Below the pieces are notes generated by a model. That model was not told the DNA's origin and ran no database searches. It saw nothing but the letters and a program-made list of their open reading frames with translations. A stretch of 64,000 nt of DNA from the human T2T-CHM13v2.0 reference genome, Homo sapiens: the NCBI RefSeq assembly GCF_009914755.1, contig NC_060929.1; one strand, written 5' to 3'. A program made the position numbers and the translations under genes. Shown here in pieces: positions 1-15,908 of this stretch (the stretch's first letter is position 1; the number at the start of each line of letters is the position of its first letter).

Positions 1-118
1 TTCCTGAAATTATATATAATATATATAATTTCATATATATGAAATTATGAAATATATATTTCATAATTATATATATTATATATAATATATTACATATATG
101 CGATATATATGTATTACA
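1..118. repeat. AT-rich low-complexity/(TA)n-like tract
   Basis: Interrupted TA/ATAT runs are directly visible. Confidence 0.8.
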
Positions 119-421
119 TTTTGTTTTGATTTTTTGGTGGAAGAAGAAAGAAGAAGAAAGAAGGAGAAGAAGGAAGACAGAGGACAGAAAATAATAAAAG
201 GTAAATAGTTGAATTTCTCTGAAAGGAAACACAAATTACTTTGAACCAAAAAGTACTTTACAAGTATTCCCAGTTCCTTGCCTCTGTTATAACTAATTAC
301 ACAGATTCATTGATTTTATATGCATAACTCAGACTCTTTATCGGTATGTCATACATAACCCACATTACAGATTTGTAAATGTGTTTGATCGTCCTTCTCT
401 TTGGCTTGGGTTTTTTCCTAG

Positions 422-453
422 CAGAAATGCACACTCTGGAGATTTCGCTGTGA
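422..453 (+). other. Weak candidate plus-strand exon behind a NAGNAG acceptor (one frame reads ..EMHTLEISL*)
   Basis: Pyrimidine tract ccttctctttggcttgggttttttcc followed by TAG|CAG at 419-424; TGA at 451-453; AATAAA downstream at 2035 and 2178. No homology recognised. Confidence 0.2.
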
Positions 454-484
454 GAAGCCTACTCCAGTAATTGACAAACTACTC

Positions 485-530
485 ATATATATATATATAT
501 ACACATATATATATATATATATATACATAG

Positions 531-577
<47 letters not shown>
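485..577. repeat. Compound microsatellite (TA)n + ~(TCTA)11
   Basis: Directly visible tandem repeats. Confidence 0.95.
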
Positions 578-2786
578 ATATTGAGCACTCCTCCCTTAGG
601 CAATTCACCTTATGCACATCCACATCCTGAGAAATGCTCAGTTACACCTGGTCTTCTTTGTCCTGGATCTTTGTCAGAACCATTATTGTACAGATTATAG
701 CCAAAAGCCCATGAAATTGACTTTGGAGTGGTAGGCTGTCAAAGAGTTTTTAAAATGGAAATTATATTTGTTAATTCCTTATTGGTGCCTTCAAAACAAT
801 GCATTGTCTGGGCATGACTTCTTGTCACAGAAACTGTGTGGCTTCTTCTCAGAGAATTATATTGAAAAATTCAATAATCTCATTCTTCATTACAGATTCC
901 GCTAGTTGGCCAGAGATGAAACAGAGAATTCTTGAGTCTAATTCCCAGGAATCTCCATCTCTGGAGACTTTTAAAACTAATTAGTAAGTAATTAATTAGT
1001 TTGTTTTCAACTGGCTCACCTTTGCAATCTGCAGAGTAGGAATGGTAGCAGTTTTCACTTCTGGGACATCATTATCCCAGTTCATCCTTGAGTTCTCTCA
1101 GAACTCCTCAGGAAAATGCCATCTGTCCTCAGTAGTTTAGCTACATTTAATTCACCAACATGGCTTAGATATTTTGAATACTGACCACCATTTGGACCAG
1201 GACATCTAATCCTTCTGGGGATAGATATCTATCTAACCTCCTCCTAGAGAAGACAAAGACAATGTATTTCAACCATAAATCTATCTCCTCTTCATAAGTA
1301 AGTACATTGAGGCCCCCAAGAACATCAAGAAGGAACATGGTTCTTGGGCTGAACATACTTTTTTGGATATATTAAAAGGAGACAATGATAGACGGTGCCC
1401 CCCCCCCCAAGCTTTTTTTTCTTTTGCGAAGACAAATTTCTCAACTTCTTTATGTCTTTCCCTTGGGCTATCTTTCCTCCGGCAATATTGTTATTGACTG
1501 CTAATTGCTTGGCAAGACCTTATTTTTCAGAGCCTGCTATTTTTTGATCCTTAACAACACATCTTCCCTGGGCTCCCCATTAGCTATTACATATTCTCCA
1601 GACCTCCCATGAGTGATTGCCTTTTAAAGTTTGACCTTTTATATTTTTCCTTATTTAAAGCCTATGATCTTTCAATTTCTCTTTAAAGATTGAATTTCTA
1701 TTTAAGATGAATTTCTAGGAATTTGATTCTCCCACTCAGATGCTGAACTTAATTATGTCACAATCAGAATTATCTAGATAATTTATTTCCCAGTCACTTC
1801 TGTGACCAGTTTAGTATATATTTGAATCTTCTGTTCTTGAACTCCCTTTTGATGTGGCTTTCTGCTATATTACTAGTAATTCATTTTAAAGTGGCTAATT
1901 AAAATCAGCATTATTCAGTCAGAACGTATCACACACAAACCTTTTATAATAATTTATTGATAACCTTCACTTACAAGAACAGTAGCATAACAAAAGCCCC
2001 AAATCCAAGAGATATTTATCCATTGTCTCCATCTAATAAAGATCATATTCTCTGTCCATCTCTATCCTGACATCCTAGTATTTATTTTAAGATCTTTATT
2101 TAGATGCAAATGCCTTTGATACTAGTACGCAGGCAATATTCATCCCAATTATCTGGGTTGTTTATATTAATTATTCCAATAAAGTTTTATTTGCATTTAC
2201 ACAGATATTTGGCCAGTATGACAAGACAGCTATTCCAAGGGATATAAAAGCCAAAATGAGGGGAGGTAGAGGAGGGGTTATCAAGAGGGTGTTATGTCTC
2301 TATAACTCAAATATTTGATGACTTTAAATATATATATATATGCAGAGGCCAGTAAGAACAGATGCCTCTTTCAGTAAACATTTTCACAAAAGAGCAAACC
2401 ACAACAAGGGATGTTACCTCAGTGGCATGTAGCATAGTCACTGGCCCTGCAATAAATATTTGTTAATTGGTAAGAAAGAACCGGGAATATTAGTAACCTT
2501 GGGATCATCATGTATGTACTGTACCAGTGAGTCCCTTGCTTGGGGCAGGTGCTCCAGCCTATTTCTAATGGGATTCTATTAAGGAAAAATGAAATTAGAG
2601 CAATGCTTCATTTAAAAGTTGGAGCTCTTAAAGCATATCAATGCACAAGTCATGCACTTAGAGATTGTGACTTAAATGGTCTTGGGAGAGACAAAGGGAG
2701 TAATATACTTTTTAAAAGGCATTCCAGTGACTCTGAAGCATAGCCAATGTTTGCAAACACTGAACAGAACCTCTGCTTATGAAGCA

Positions 2787-2908
2787 CATCCATCCATCCA
2801 CCCTTCCTTCTTTCCTTGCCTCCCTTCCTCCCTCCCACCCTTCCTCCTTTCCTTCCTTCCTTCCTTCCTTCCTCCCTTCCTCCCTTCTTTCCATGCATCC
2901 ATCCATCC
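2787..2908. repeat. (TCCA)n/(TTCC)n pyrimidine-rich microsatellite
   Basis: Directly visible; explains the overlapping GRKE/PSFL ORFs. Confidence 0.9.
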
Positions 2909-3559
2909 TTAGTTCTACACTAGGTACTAAGAATGCAACAATTAATATGTCACAATCTGTAATGTTTCTGAAGCTCTTACAGTAGAGTAGATAGACAAGG
3001 AAACAATCAGTTACAGTGTAAGGTAACAAGGGCTATAACAGGAAAATGCACAGACTCTCAAAGGAACTCCAAATATCAAAACTAAATTGGTCTGGCAGAC
3101 TAGGGGATGTTGAGTTTTAGAGAAGGAGTCTAGCTGACTAGGGAAAAGTGCTTTTGAATTACATGGAGTTATAAATAGTTGACTCTGTAAAGTTATTTTT
3201 CTAAATTAATGTGTATTTCATTTTTCCTGGTATCAGTTGTCTGCAGATCTAAGAGTGACTCCTCATTGTCCCATAGTTCTTTTCTCCAAGTGTGTAAGGT
3301 ATATATTTCCTGGTTTCCTATTTTTATTATTATTTATACAACTGCATATTTTAATGTTTTATCTAAAATTAACTACTCTATTCTTTCAGCTGCATGTCAA
3401 ATTAGTTCTCTCTCTGGTTTTAGCAGTCAATCTTAATAATCAACCATTTTGGAGTTTTTCCTATAGTGAGTTATCAGAAACCCCAAACTGGCTTAGGTGA
3501 GATAGGATTTGTATTAGAAGCTCAGCTATGATTCACATAGCTTGACTTTAACCATTTGT

Positions 3560-4125
3560 TCACTCATTCATTCATTAGAATTCTGAGAAGCACTTTCCAT
3601 GAATCAGGCATTAAAATACATAATTGGATATATCTGTAAATAGAAGCAGCTCCTGTTCTAAGAGATCATTCATTTTCTATTCTTCTACACAGGAGACAGA
3701 CAATTATAATACAATATGGTGAAATATGTGCTTTAGAGCATTATGTACAAAATGTACTAAGATTATAGAAAAAGCAGTAGTTTTGCCTAAAGGAGATATG
3801 GAAGATTGCTTGCAGGAGGTAATACATTTGGTGCTTAAAGGATGAGCAGGAGTTTTTATAGCTGTATTAAATTAGGAAGAAACACAAAGAACATATTTTC
3901 AGAGAGAGCTGAGCACTTTGAATTTCTGAAGCATGCACAGGGACTGTGCGAGGGGATACTCTGCATAATGGCGACCATGTAGTCTGGGACCAGATTTTTA
4001 TGGCCGTATCAATCAACTTAAGGAGTTTGAACTTTAGTCCTTGGATACTGGAGAGTTAATAGAGAACTCAAGAAGGGTGGAAGGGGACATGGGATTGAAT
4101 AGATCTGCATTTTAGAAGCTCATTC
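3560..4125 (-). mobile_element. L2 LINE 3' fragment
   Basis: ttcactcattcattcatt tail followed by purine-rich L2-type body (aaggagtttgaacttt...ctgcattttagaa). Confidence 0.6.
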
Positions 4126-4299
4126 ACATTCTCTAAAATTTCATTACTGGTATCATTTTGGAAAAATAATTCAAAAAGTGAGAAGGGAAATTTATGTTGA
4201 GTCCATATCACTCAGACTAGGTAGTAGGATGGCTATAATCACGTTTGGTATGTTTAAATACTTAGCTTGGTTCGAAATGTATATAGACTTCCTAATATT

Positions 4300-4428
4300 T
4301 ACGGTTGCTAGATTTGGTAAATAAAAACAGAGAGTGTCCATGCAAATATTTGAGACATATTTATAAGAAAATCTTTGTTTATCTGAAATTCAAATTTACC
4401 TGGGCACATTTTATCTAGAAACCCTACC
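4300..4428. mobile_element. MER53-like hAT MITE (internally deleted)
   Basis: Termini ggttgctagatttggtaaataaaa ... tttatctagaaacccta and internal tttatctgaaattcaaattta. Confidence 0.7.
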
Positions 4429-4734
4429 TGAATTGTCAATTGGATGTGATTTCTCCCTATTTTTTCTTCCCTTTCCTATGAGCATTTTAATTTTCAGCAT
4501 ATGGTCATGCTTTACATTTTGTATATTCAGCAAACCCTAACAAAAACTACCTACAGTGGAAAATCATTATGGACCAAGAATCTTCCTTAGGCTTTTGCTG
4601 AAATTAAAATTTGTTGCTTGCATTCTGTTTATAATTTTACAGTTTACCTCTACATAAGGTTTAATAATACAAGTATAGCCAAACAGCACTACAGGATGGC
4701 AGTTAATGGATAACAATTAGCACATCCTTCCACT

Positions 4735-4950
4735 TGTAGATTACTTATTATGTACCAAACACTGTTCTAAGCCTTTTATATGTATTAACACAGTCTACAA
4801 GCTAAATGTTATTATTATTATGCCTGTTTTACAGATGAGGAAATCAATAAACTGAAAGTGTAAATAAGTTGCCCAGAGTCACACAGGTGGCCAAACTGAG
4901 ATTAAAGCCCAGATAATTTAATTTGTCTCCAGAATCTATGCTAATCACCC
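4735..4950 (-). mobile_element. MIR SINE
   Basis: Core ttttacagatgaggaaa ... aagttgcccagagtcacacag. Confidence 0.8.
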
Positions 4951-5429
4951 ATATGTTTCACCATCACTAGGGAATATTAGTACTCCCACTTCATCACCTC
5001 TTCTTACCAGCCTTCAAGGTATTATTTTATGTGCTAAGAAGGACAGATATAGGATAACACATAGTCCTTGTTCTCAAAACGTTGATAATAACCTAATATT
5101 GGCATTTCTCCTCTAGGTTAAAGACTCCAGTCCTAAAATGTTAGTTTGGAATACACTTTTCCCCAATCCCTTTATTCGTCTTAGTAATTTCCTCAAAATC
5201 CTAAGTGGCTTGGGTTTAATGGGCATTTGTTCCCTTTTTATTCCTGAAATCCACAACCACTTGCTTATGTAAAAATGAATTTCCTTGCCTCCTACAGTCT
5301 TTTATACATATCTTTTAACTTTACACTCAGATGAAAGGAGTTACATTTGTTACACAATTTCCTTTTTAGAGGGCATTGATATATTTCATACCTATAGAAT
5401 TAAAATTTTGTCATTTTTTTTCTCGGTCA

Positions 5430-6105
5430 CAATTCACCTTATGTAAAAATGTTTGAAAAATAGCATATATACTTAAAAGGACACAAAACAGTAAAGTTAC
5501 AAGAATTATTATAAAGAGACAACCCATATAACAACCACCAAGGGCAAACACCAGAATCCTGCCAGCAGTCCAAAGCCTTCATGTGCCACATTCATTCAAA
5601 CCCTCCCCTACACCCACATAAAGGTGACAGATCCCCTGCTTGGTATGGAAGTCACAGACTTGCTCTTTGTATAGTTTATAATTTCGTCTCCTAAATATTT
5701 ATTCCCAAAGAGTTTATTTTTGCCTGTATCTAAACTTTATAGTAAAAAAAAAAATTCTGTATGTGATCTTCTGTTTGTGGCATCTTTCAAAATGTTGCAG
5801 GTGACTGCAGTGAGTTCATTTTCACTGCAGAGTAGAGAAATTGCTCTAGAGTATTTTACCATAAAATGTACCATATGCTTTTTTCTTTCTATGGCTAATG
5901 GCATTAGTAGTGGTGTTGGAAATAAAAGCATCAGGGAACATGCATGTACATATCTCTTGACAAACAAGTATGTTGAATTTTTTTTTCTGGGTACACTTAG
6001 GAGTGAAATGGAGGAGTCATAATAATGCATATATTTAACTTTAATAGATAATACCCAACTGATTTTAAGGTGGTTATGCCAATTTGCACTCTTATCACCA
6101 ATTAA
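5430..6105 (-). mobile_element. Old L1M(E) 3' fragment
   Basis: ctgggtacacttaggagtgaaat, gccaatttgcactcttatcacca: antisense L1 ORF2 end and 3' UTR. Confidence 0.65.
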
Positions 6106-7599
6106 TACCACTTTTGAAGATACAAACTATATGAAACTTGCAGGTAACCACTATTTCACTTTATGTGGAAGTGGAGAGTGGAAAGGCTTAACACCAATAA
6201 ATCTTTTTAAGATACGTTTTTACCAAGTGGGGCTTTTAAGGGAATGAAATAAAACCTTCAGTTCACCAAGTTCAATTACATTTTTTTTCTTCAATGACCT
6301 TAACTTAAAAAAAAAAACACCTCACACTAAAAATGCCTAACCACTGAAAGCTTGTAAGTAATGTTACATTTCAATAACAGGCACTGATACACAGTTAAAT
6401 TTTGTTATACAGAAAGATAATTTTGCCTAACCCTTGAATTAATTTCTTAAAAGGAACCTAATAAATCAACTATTATACACAGATACATGTAGACTCAGAT
6501 AATAAAATTAAGAATACTTCCTGCTTCTATATTCTGATATCTTTGAAATTTTATATTATGGGCATAATTAAACAAAAATGATGTCCTAAATGAGATTTCT
6601 AAATTATCTTATACTTCTAAAGCTATTGTAAGGATTATATTATACTTCTAAAGCTACTGTAAGGATTCAATGAGGTAAATTATGAGAAAAATATCTTGTA
6701 AACTTTAAAGACTGCAAATATAACTGTCCTTATTATTATATGAGTTAAACCATATTCATATTGTTTGATAGAGTGTTTCTTGGTTATGGCCATGGAGGAA
6801 AATATAGGTGAATTTCTGATGAGGCTTTCTGTACACACATACTTCTACATTTGGGTTTATCATCAGAGTAAATAAATGGGTAGAATTTTTATAAATATTC
6901 TACAGAAGAGTAGCCCTGTCTTGGAGAGGAATGAAAGGCAGCATTTATCCAAAAAATTGCAAAGCATGTGGAAACTTTAATACACTGAATGGGATAATTC
7001 AACAAATACTCTTAATATACTTCTTTCCAAAATGGTGACATTTACTATTTTTTAAACTAACACACCAACTCTTTATCAATTTTGGCTGATAGATCACTGA
7101 CATCTGTAGCTTAAAGACTTAAATTGGGGTTGGTAAATACAGAAAAGACTCCTTTTTTAAATTCTTAGGAGTTTCAGTCCTCATCAAGGTGAAAGAGCTG
7201 GGTGGCTAGATTTCCCTCATTCCAGAATCTCATCTACAAAATTATAGGATATTTTGTGGGTTCCTGGCAGAGCTAGAGGCAACAAAACATCTGTTACACT
7301 CAAGGCCACCATGGAAGAATCTGCTTCAAGCAACAAACTCACTACTCAGTGCTAAAAATGCTGTCTCCAAGCCATTACTTTTTATATATTTTTATCCCAT
7401 ATTTATTGGTAAGTATGCCAAATCAGCATATTTTCTTCATTAAAAGTGATAATTTTGGGATTCATGAGAACTCTGCTTCTGGCCTAGACATAGTAAAAGG
7501 GACCAGAATTTTCAGGCAGACCCTCTTGTTTTAAAAAACAACAAAAACGACAAAAAAAAAAAAAAAAAAACCTCAGACAAAATACGTGAGACAACAGTG

Positions 7600-9780
7600 T
7601 TGAACATACTGAACATTAAGACACAAAGGACTCTCCCTCTTGGGCCATGGCATAGGGAGGGAGAATCCAGGCAGAGCCTGGTGAACTCTAGTGAAAGAGA
7701 GGGAGCTGGGAGTCTGGAGAGTCGACGGAGGCTAGTGTTTGTAGAACAGAATATACCCAACAGGAGAGAACTACACAGAGACAGTTCACCACAGAGATCT
7801 GCAGTCCTGAACACTGCCGTGCTCTCTAAAGTACTCAGCAGAGGGTAGATTAGCATTCACAGGGGAGCAAACTCCTGGGGAAAGAGTCATCTGAATAGAC
7901 CAGAGGGAGCAATACTTGGAGCCCACACTAGGCCAAGAGAACTGCCAATTCCCACCACTAAGACTGGAAAGCAAACTGTTTCATGGGGCATTGGGCAGAG
8001 GACCCAGAATGGTTTTGTCTTAGTAGTGGGGGATAATTAAACCTGGATTAAATAAATTATTGGTCCCACCTAACGAATCTTATAAGCAAGACCTAGAAGG
8101 ATCAAACTGTTTCCAAATAACCTAACTATATAAGAAAACTAAGCTCAAGAGAATATATAGGACTACAAAGTACTGAGCACTCAGCAAGATAAAATTCATG
8201 TCTGGAATCCAATCAAGATTAACACTCAAGAAACAAAAAAGATATAGTTGAAAAGACAGTATATATTAAAATTAGCAGAGAAGTAATTAAAACAGTTATT
8301 AAAACTGTATTCCATATATTGAAAATATTAAATAGAGATGTGAAAAAAGAAAGCCTAATTGAACTTCCAGAGATGAAACTAACAATGTGTGAGATGAAAA
8401 ATATGCCAGAAAGGAATAATAGCAAATTAGACATGCAAAAATAAAAAAAAATTTTAGACGTTTTAAGACATACCAATTGAAAATATACAAAATAAAATAT
8501 ACAGAAAAAAATCTGGGCATCAGTGATCAGTGGAACACATATAGTTAGTCTAAAATAGATGTGATTGGAGTCCTTGAAAATGGAAAGTATAAAATATTTG
8601 AATAGATTATAGCCCAAATTTTCCAAATATGATGAAAACTATACTCACAGATCTAAGCAGCTCAATAAATCCCAAGAGTAAGAAACACGAAGAAAGCTAC
8701 AAAAAGGCACATCGTTATTACAAAAGACATCAAAATTATTCTGTAGATAAATGTAGTCTTTTCAAAAAATGATGCTGAAATAATTGAATATATGTAAAAT
8801 ACACTTAGAACTACATAAGAAATCACTCAAAATAGATTGTAGATTACAAAGTGAAACTTAAAACTATTTTTTCTATATCAAATCCATAAACTCCTGCTCC
8901 CCAATGTCAATTTTAAGAGAATTAAAAGACAAACCACAGATTGGGAGAACATATTTGCAAATCAAAAATATGATAAAGAACTTGTATATACAACATATAA
9001 ACAACTCTCATAACTCAACAAGAAATCAAATAATTCAATAAAAAGTGGGAAAAATATTTGAACTGACAGTTCCTAAAAGAATATACATAAGAGTGGTAAA
9101 TAAACATATACAAAGATGTTCAACCTCATTTGTCATTAGAGTATATAAATTAAAAGCAGAATAAGATGTCACTACCCAACGATTACAACAGCTAAAATTA
9201 AAAAGATGGTGTTGGTGAGGATGTGGAGGAATTGAACTCTCATACACTGCTGTTCTGATATAAAATAATGCAATCCATTTGGAAAACCATGTGACAGTTT
9301 TTCAAATACTTAAACACATGTCTACCATATGATTCAGCCATTCTACTCCTACATATTTATCCAAGACAAATGAGAGTGTATGTCCACACAAAGACTTGTA
9401 TGGATGTTCATAGCAGCTTTATTACTATAGTAATAACCCCAAACCTGAGACAACCTGATCTCAAAATAGTTATGCTGAGTGAAATAAATCAGGCAAAAAT
9501 AATATACAGTGTCTATTTTATTTATACAAATTTCTAGAAATGCAACTAATCTATCATCACAGAAAGTAAATCAGTGATTGGGATGAAGTTGAAGGGGCAG
9601 GAAGGAGGGATTACAGTGGGGAAGAAACTTCTGAGGGTGATGTGATGCAAATGTTTAGTATCTTGAGTAAGATGATGGATTCACAGGTTCATATATGTGT
9701 CAAAACATATCATATTGTACATTTTAAATTTGTGTATTTTATTCTGCGCTAATTATACTCCAATAAAACCTTCAAAAAGT
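7600..9780 (+). mobile_element. Old L1M (L1MC/ME-type), heavily deleted: 5' region, ORF1 remnants, ORF2 end, 3' UTR
   Basis: ORF1-like gaacttccagagatgaaactaacaatgtgtgagatgaaaaat and agcccaaattttccaaat; ORF2 end gggagaacatatttgcaaatc and ggtgaggatgtggaggaattgaactctcatacactgct; 3' end attatactccaataaaa. Confidence 0.8.
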
Positions 9781-9825
9781 GATTTTTATAATCCACATAT
9801 TTTTTGTCTGTAAACTAAGAACTGC

Positions 9826-9836
9826 ATACACACACA

Positions 9837-9875
<39 letters not shown>
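9826..9875. repeat. (CA)n microsatellite
   Basis: Directly visible. Confidence 0.95.
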
Positions 9876-9877
<2 letters not shown>

Positions 9878-10471
9878 CGACACTCCATGACAATAAAAGG
9901 CCCACAGAACTAATGAGGAACATTAGCCTTCTCAAATTCACAAAAGAAAGGTTTTTGTACAATATACTTTTATTTCAATGTGAGAACCATGCAGTCCAAA
10001 TGAAAAGAGGCAGGTCTTATGGGAGAGACTGAGTAGTTTAATAAAACATAGTAATAGGAGGAGCTGTATTCATAAAGATGAGAAAAATACTGATTTTTAA
10101 GGTAGTTTACTTCCTACTTTGCAGGTTGTTTCCACCACTCAAGAAAGTCTTTGCAAGAAGCTTTAAATAAAGATGAATGGGGAAAAATTAATGTAACTGG
10201 AAAAAATTAGTATCATTGCAAGATTTTCTATTGCTCTTATATTTTTGGTTTCAGGTTGAATTTGTTTTTGTTATCATTGACTATCAGAAATCTGAAGCAT
10301 ATAAAACTATAACGGGGGTTAGCTATACCTTCCCTAACTGTTCTTTTCCAGAAAAATTTTCTGATGGAAGTTCATGAAGTACATTGATGTGTATGTTTTC
10401 TGTACTCCTATGATCTATTCAAGAGATTGTAATTTTCATACAGGAACTATGAAATAATAATAATTTTCTAG

Positions 10472-10796
<325 letters not shown>

Positions 10797-11806
10797 CTCT
10801 CTTTGCTTCTGTGAAGGATATAACTTTAAAAACTTATAAAAATGTATGTTTAAAGGAGATTTTCATTATTAATTTCTTTTAATATACATTAAGATGGAAA
10901 TTTCAATTCCATTAATTACATACTGCATAATTTTACATTGAAAAAGGAAGCCTTCAAGACAACAATTTCCATGGTATCCAATGAACCTGATTAAAATAAT
11001 GGGCTATCTCCATAACAAGTGCTTAGATAAATGGTCCTATTCTGTCAGAGAGGAATGGGTCTTATTAGAAACTGCATTGCTCTGTTATGCTATTATAAGA
11101 TTAATGCAGAAAAAATGTTTAGTTCCTTTTAATAAAATCCAATGACTTGTGAACTGGACTAAATGTCAGTAAATAGTAAGTGTAACATCGTCTGCTTAAT
11201 TTGGTTGTTTAATTTGGCCCTTAGTATAAAGATTTGAGTTTATGCAGCATCTTACTTCCCTACACTCATTAAATCTCCTTCTGCCATGTTTCAGAGAATA
11301 AAGGAGGGCTTATGTAGTTCTGATTAAATAAGCTACAGAGTTATCTTTAGAGGTGATATTAATATCTTCCCAAACTATAATCCATCCTTGAGGTACTGCA
11401 ATATTTTAAATATTTTTGTAAAGACATGCAGAGGTAGAAAAAAGACTAAGATATATTGATGAATTTATTTTATTGAATATAAAAATACATATTTTTGAAA
11501 TCTTTAGAACACTATAGATACTAATATACTATACTAAATTCATATGTTATGAAAATACAGAGGTTACTGTAATTTTGTACAGATAAGCACAACTGGAACC
11601 TTATTATTATCTATCAGCCATATATTTCTGTGAGTGTACAATTATTTAGCCCATGGCTTTTATTTTATTCTGTTCATTACCAATAGCTAACATTTCTCAT
11701 TATACAAACGGGAAAATAACCCCTCAAAACTACCTCTTACTTTATACTCCCTATAGAATTTTGTTAAATAATGTATTTAAACCTACTACTTGTTCATCAG
11801 TTTTAG

Positions 11807-12341
<535 letters not shown>

Positions 12342-12404
12342 TTGTTATTATTTTTAACATCAGAATTTGATTTACATTTTACAACATATTCTGTTCTGTA
12401 GTCA

Positions 12405-12900
12405 TGTTCCAGTGAACTACAGCTACAGTTAATTGATATAACAATCACAAAACCTCCATGGCATACGATACTCATGTATTTATTTCTCAGACATCTGAGT
12501 GTTGCTGGGGAGTGGTGTCAAGAGATCTAGAGTGGGCTACACTAAGCTCTACTTTGAGATAAAGGTCTGCTGGGCTTGGTTCCTTGCTGAGGTTTGGGCT
12601 GAAGTCAGCTCCCTGTGTGATCATTCAGAGATCCAAGCTGAGGGTACAACAGCTATCTTTTGCTCCTTTGCTGTGATGATGGAAGAAGTTCCGAAAAGAA
12701 AATGAAACATGCAAAGCCTAGGCTCATAAGAAACTTATTGTCATTTCGTGTCAATGGCCAAACCAAGCCATATCTCCAAACCCAAAGTTAAGGGGTGAGA
12801 AAAATATATTTCTCCTTATAGGAGGATTTAAATGTCATAAAACAAGAGTAAGAATATAGGGAGGGGCAAAGAATTGGGGCAATAATGACCATTTTACATT
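12405..12900 (-). mobile_element. MLT1-family (ERVL-MaLR) solo LTR
   Basis: ggccaaaccaagccatatctccaaacccaaagttaagggg...gaattggggcaataat is typical of old MLT1 ends. Confidence 0.6.
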
Positions 12901-12949
12901 AATTCCTCAATATCTTGTCTATAATTGGTTGTAAAAAGTGGAACAATGA

Positions 12950-15200
<2,251 letters not shown>

Positions 15201-15774
15201 CTAAGTTTAAATGTTGCTAATGAAGAGGCTTTTTTAGCACTTTGAAAACAACCTCTTATCACTATCACTATCTCTTGGCTTAGATACAGCTCTCTAGGGA
15301 GGGTGGCAGCCCCCAAAATAAAATCATTTCTTCTGACTGCGCAGTCAAATTACAGAAGAGTATATTCCCTAAGAGAGCAATAATCTTGGTCCCAGAGTTT
15401 GTTCAGGAAAGCCTCAGGAGAAGTAATTCTTTTTTAAAAATTTAGCATCCACCAGAAATAAATCTTTCTTCAACATATATTCATTTGAGACACTAGACCA
15501 GAGTACTATCAGCACGTCATAGACACCGAAAGAGAAAAAGAGAAGTTAAACACAGTTGAGTTTCTTCCTTCTCTAGTAATGTCTTTATCCATTTTTTCAT
15601 GCCAGAAATTAACCATGATCCATAATTTCTTTCAAAAGGTCTTAGAAAAAAACATAGCAGATCAATAATAAAGCTCTAAGGATGTTTTTTTACCATTTTT
15701 TTCTATTAAAAATGTCAAGAGTAATTGATAAGAATCTCTATACAACCTTTTGGTTTTCTCTTTAAAAAGAAGTG

Positions 15775-15908
15775 GGATCAGGAAAAGTAACTAATGGGTA
15801 CGAGGCTTAATACCAGGGTGATGAAATAATCTGTACAACAAACCCCCAAGACACGTTTACCTATATAACAAACCTGCACATGTACCCCTGAACTTAAAAT
15901 TAAAAAAA
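15775..15908 (+). mobile_element. L1PA (older, PA13-16-like) 3' end
   Basis: gggtgatgaaataatctgtacaacaaacccc...aaacctgcacatgtacccctgaacttaaaa. Confidence 0.9.

Noticed and set aside
2650-3029. Overlapping ORFs rich in GRKE/PSFL
   Set aside because: Translations of the (TTCC)n microsatellite.
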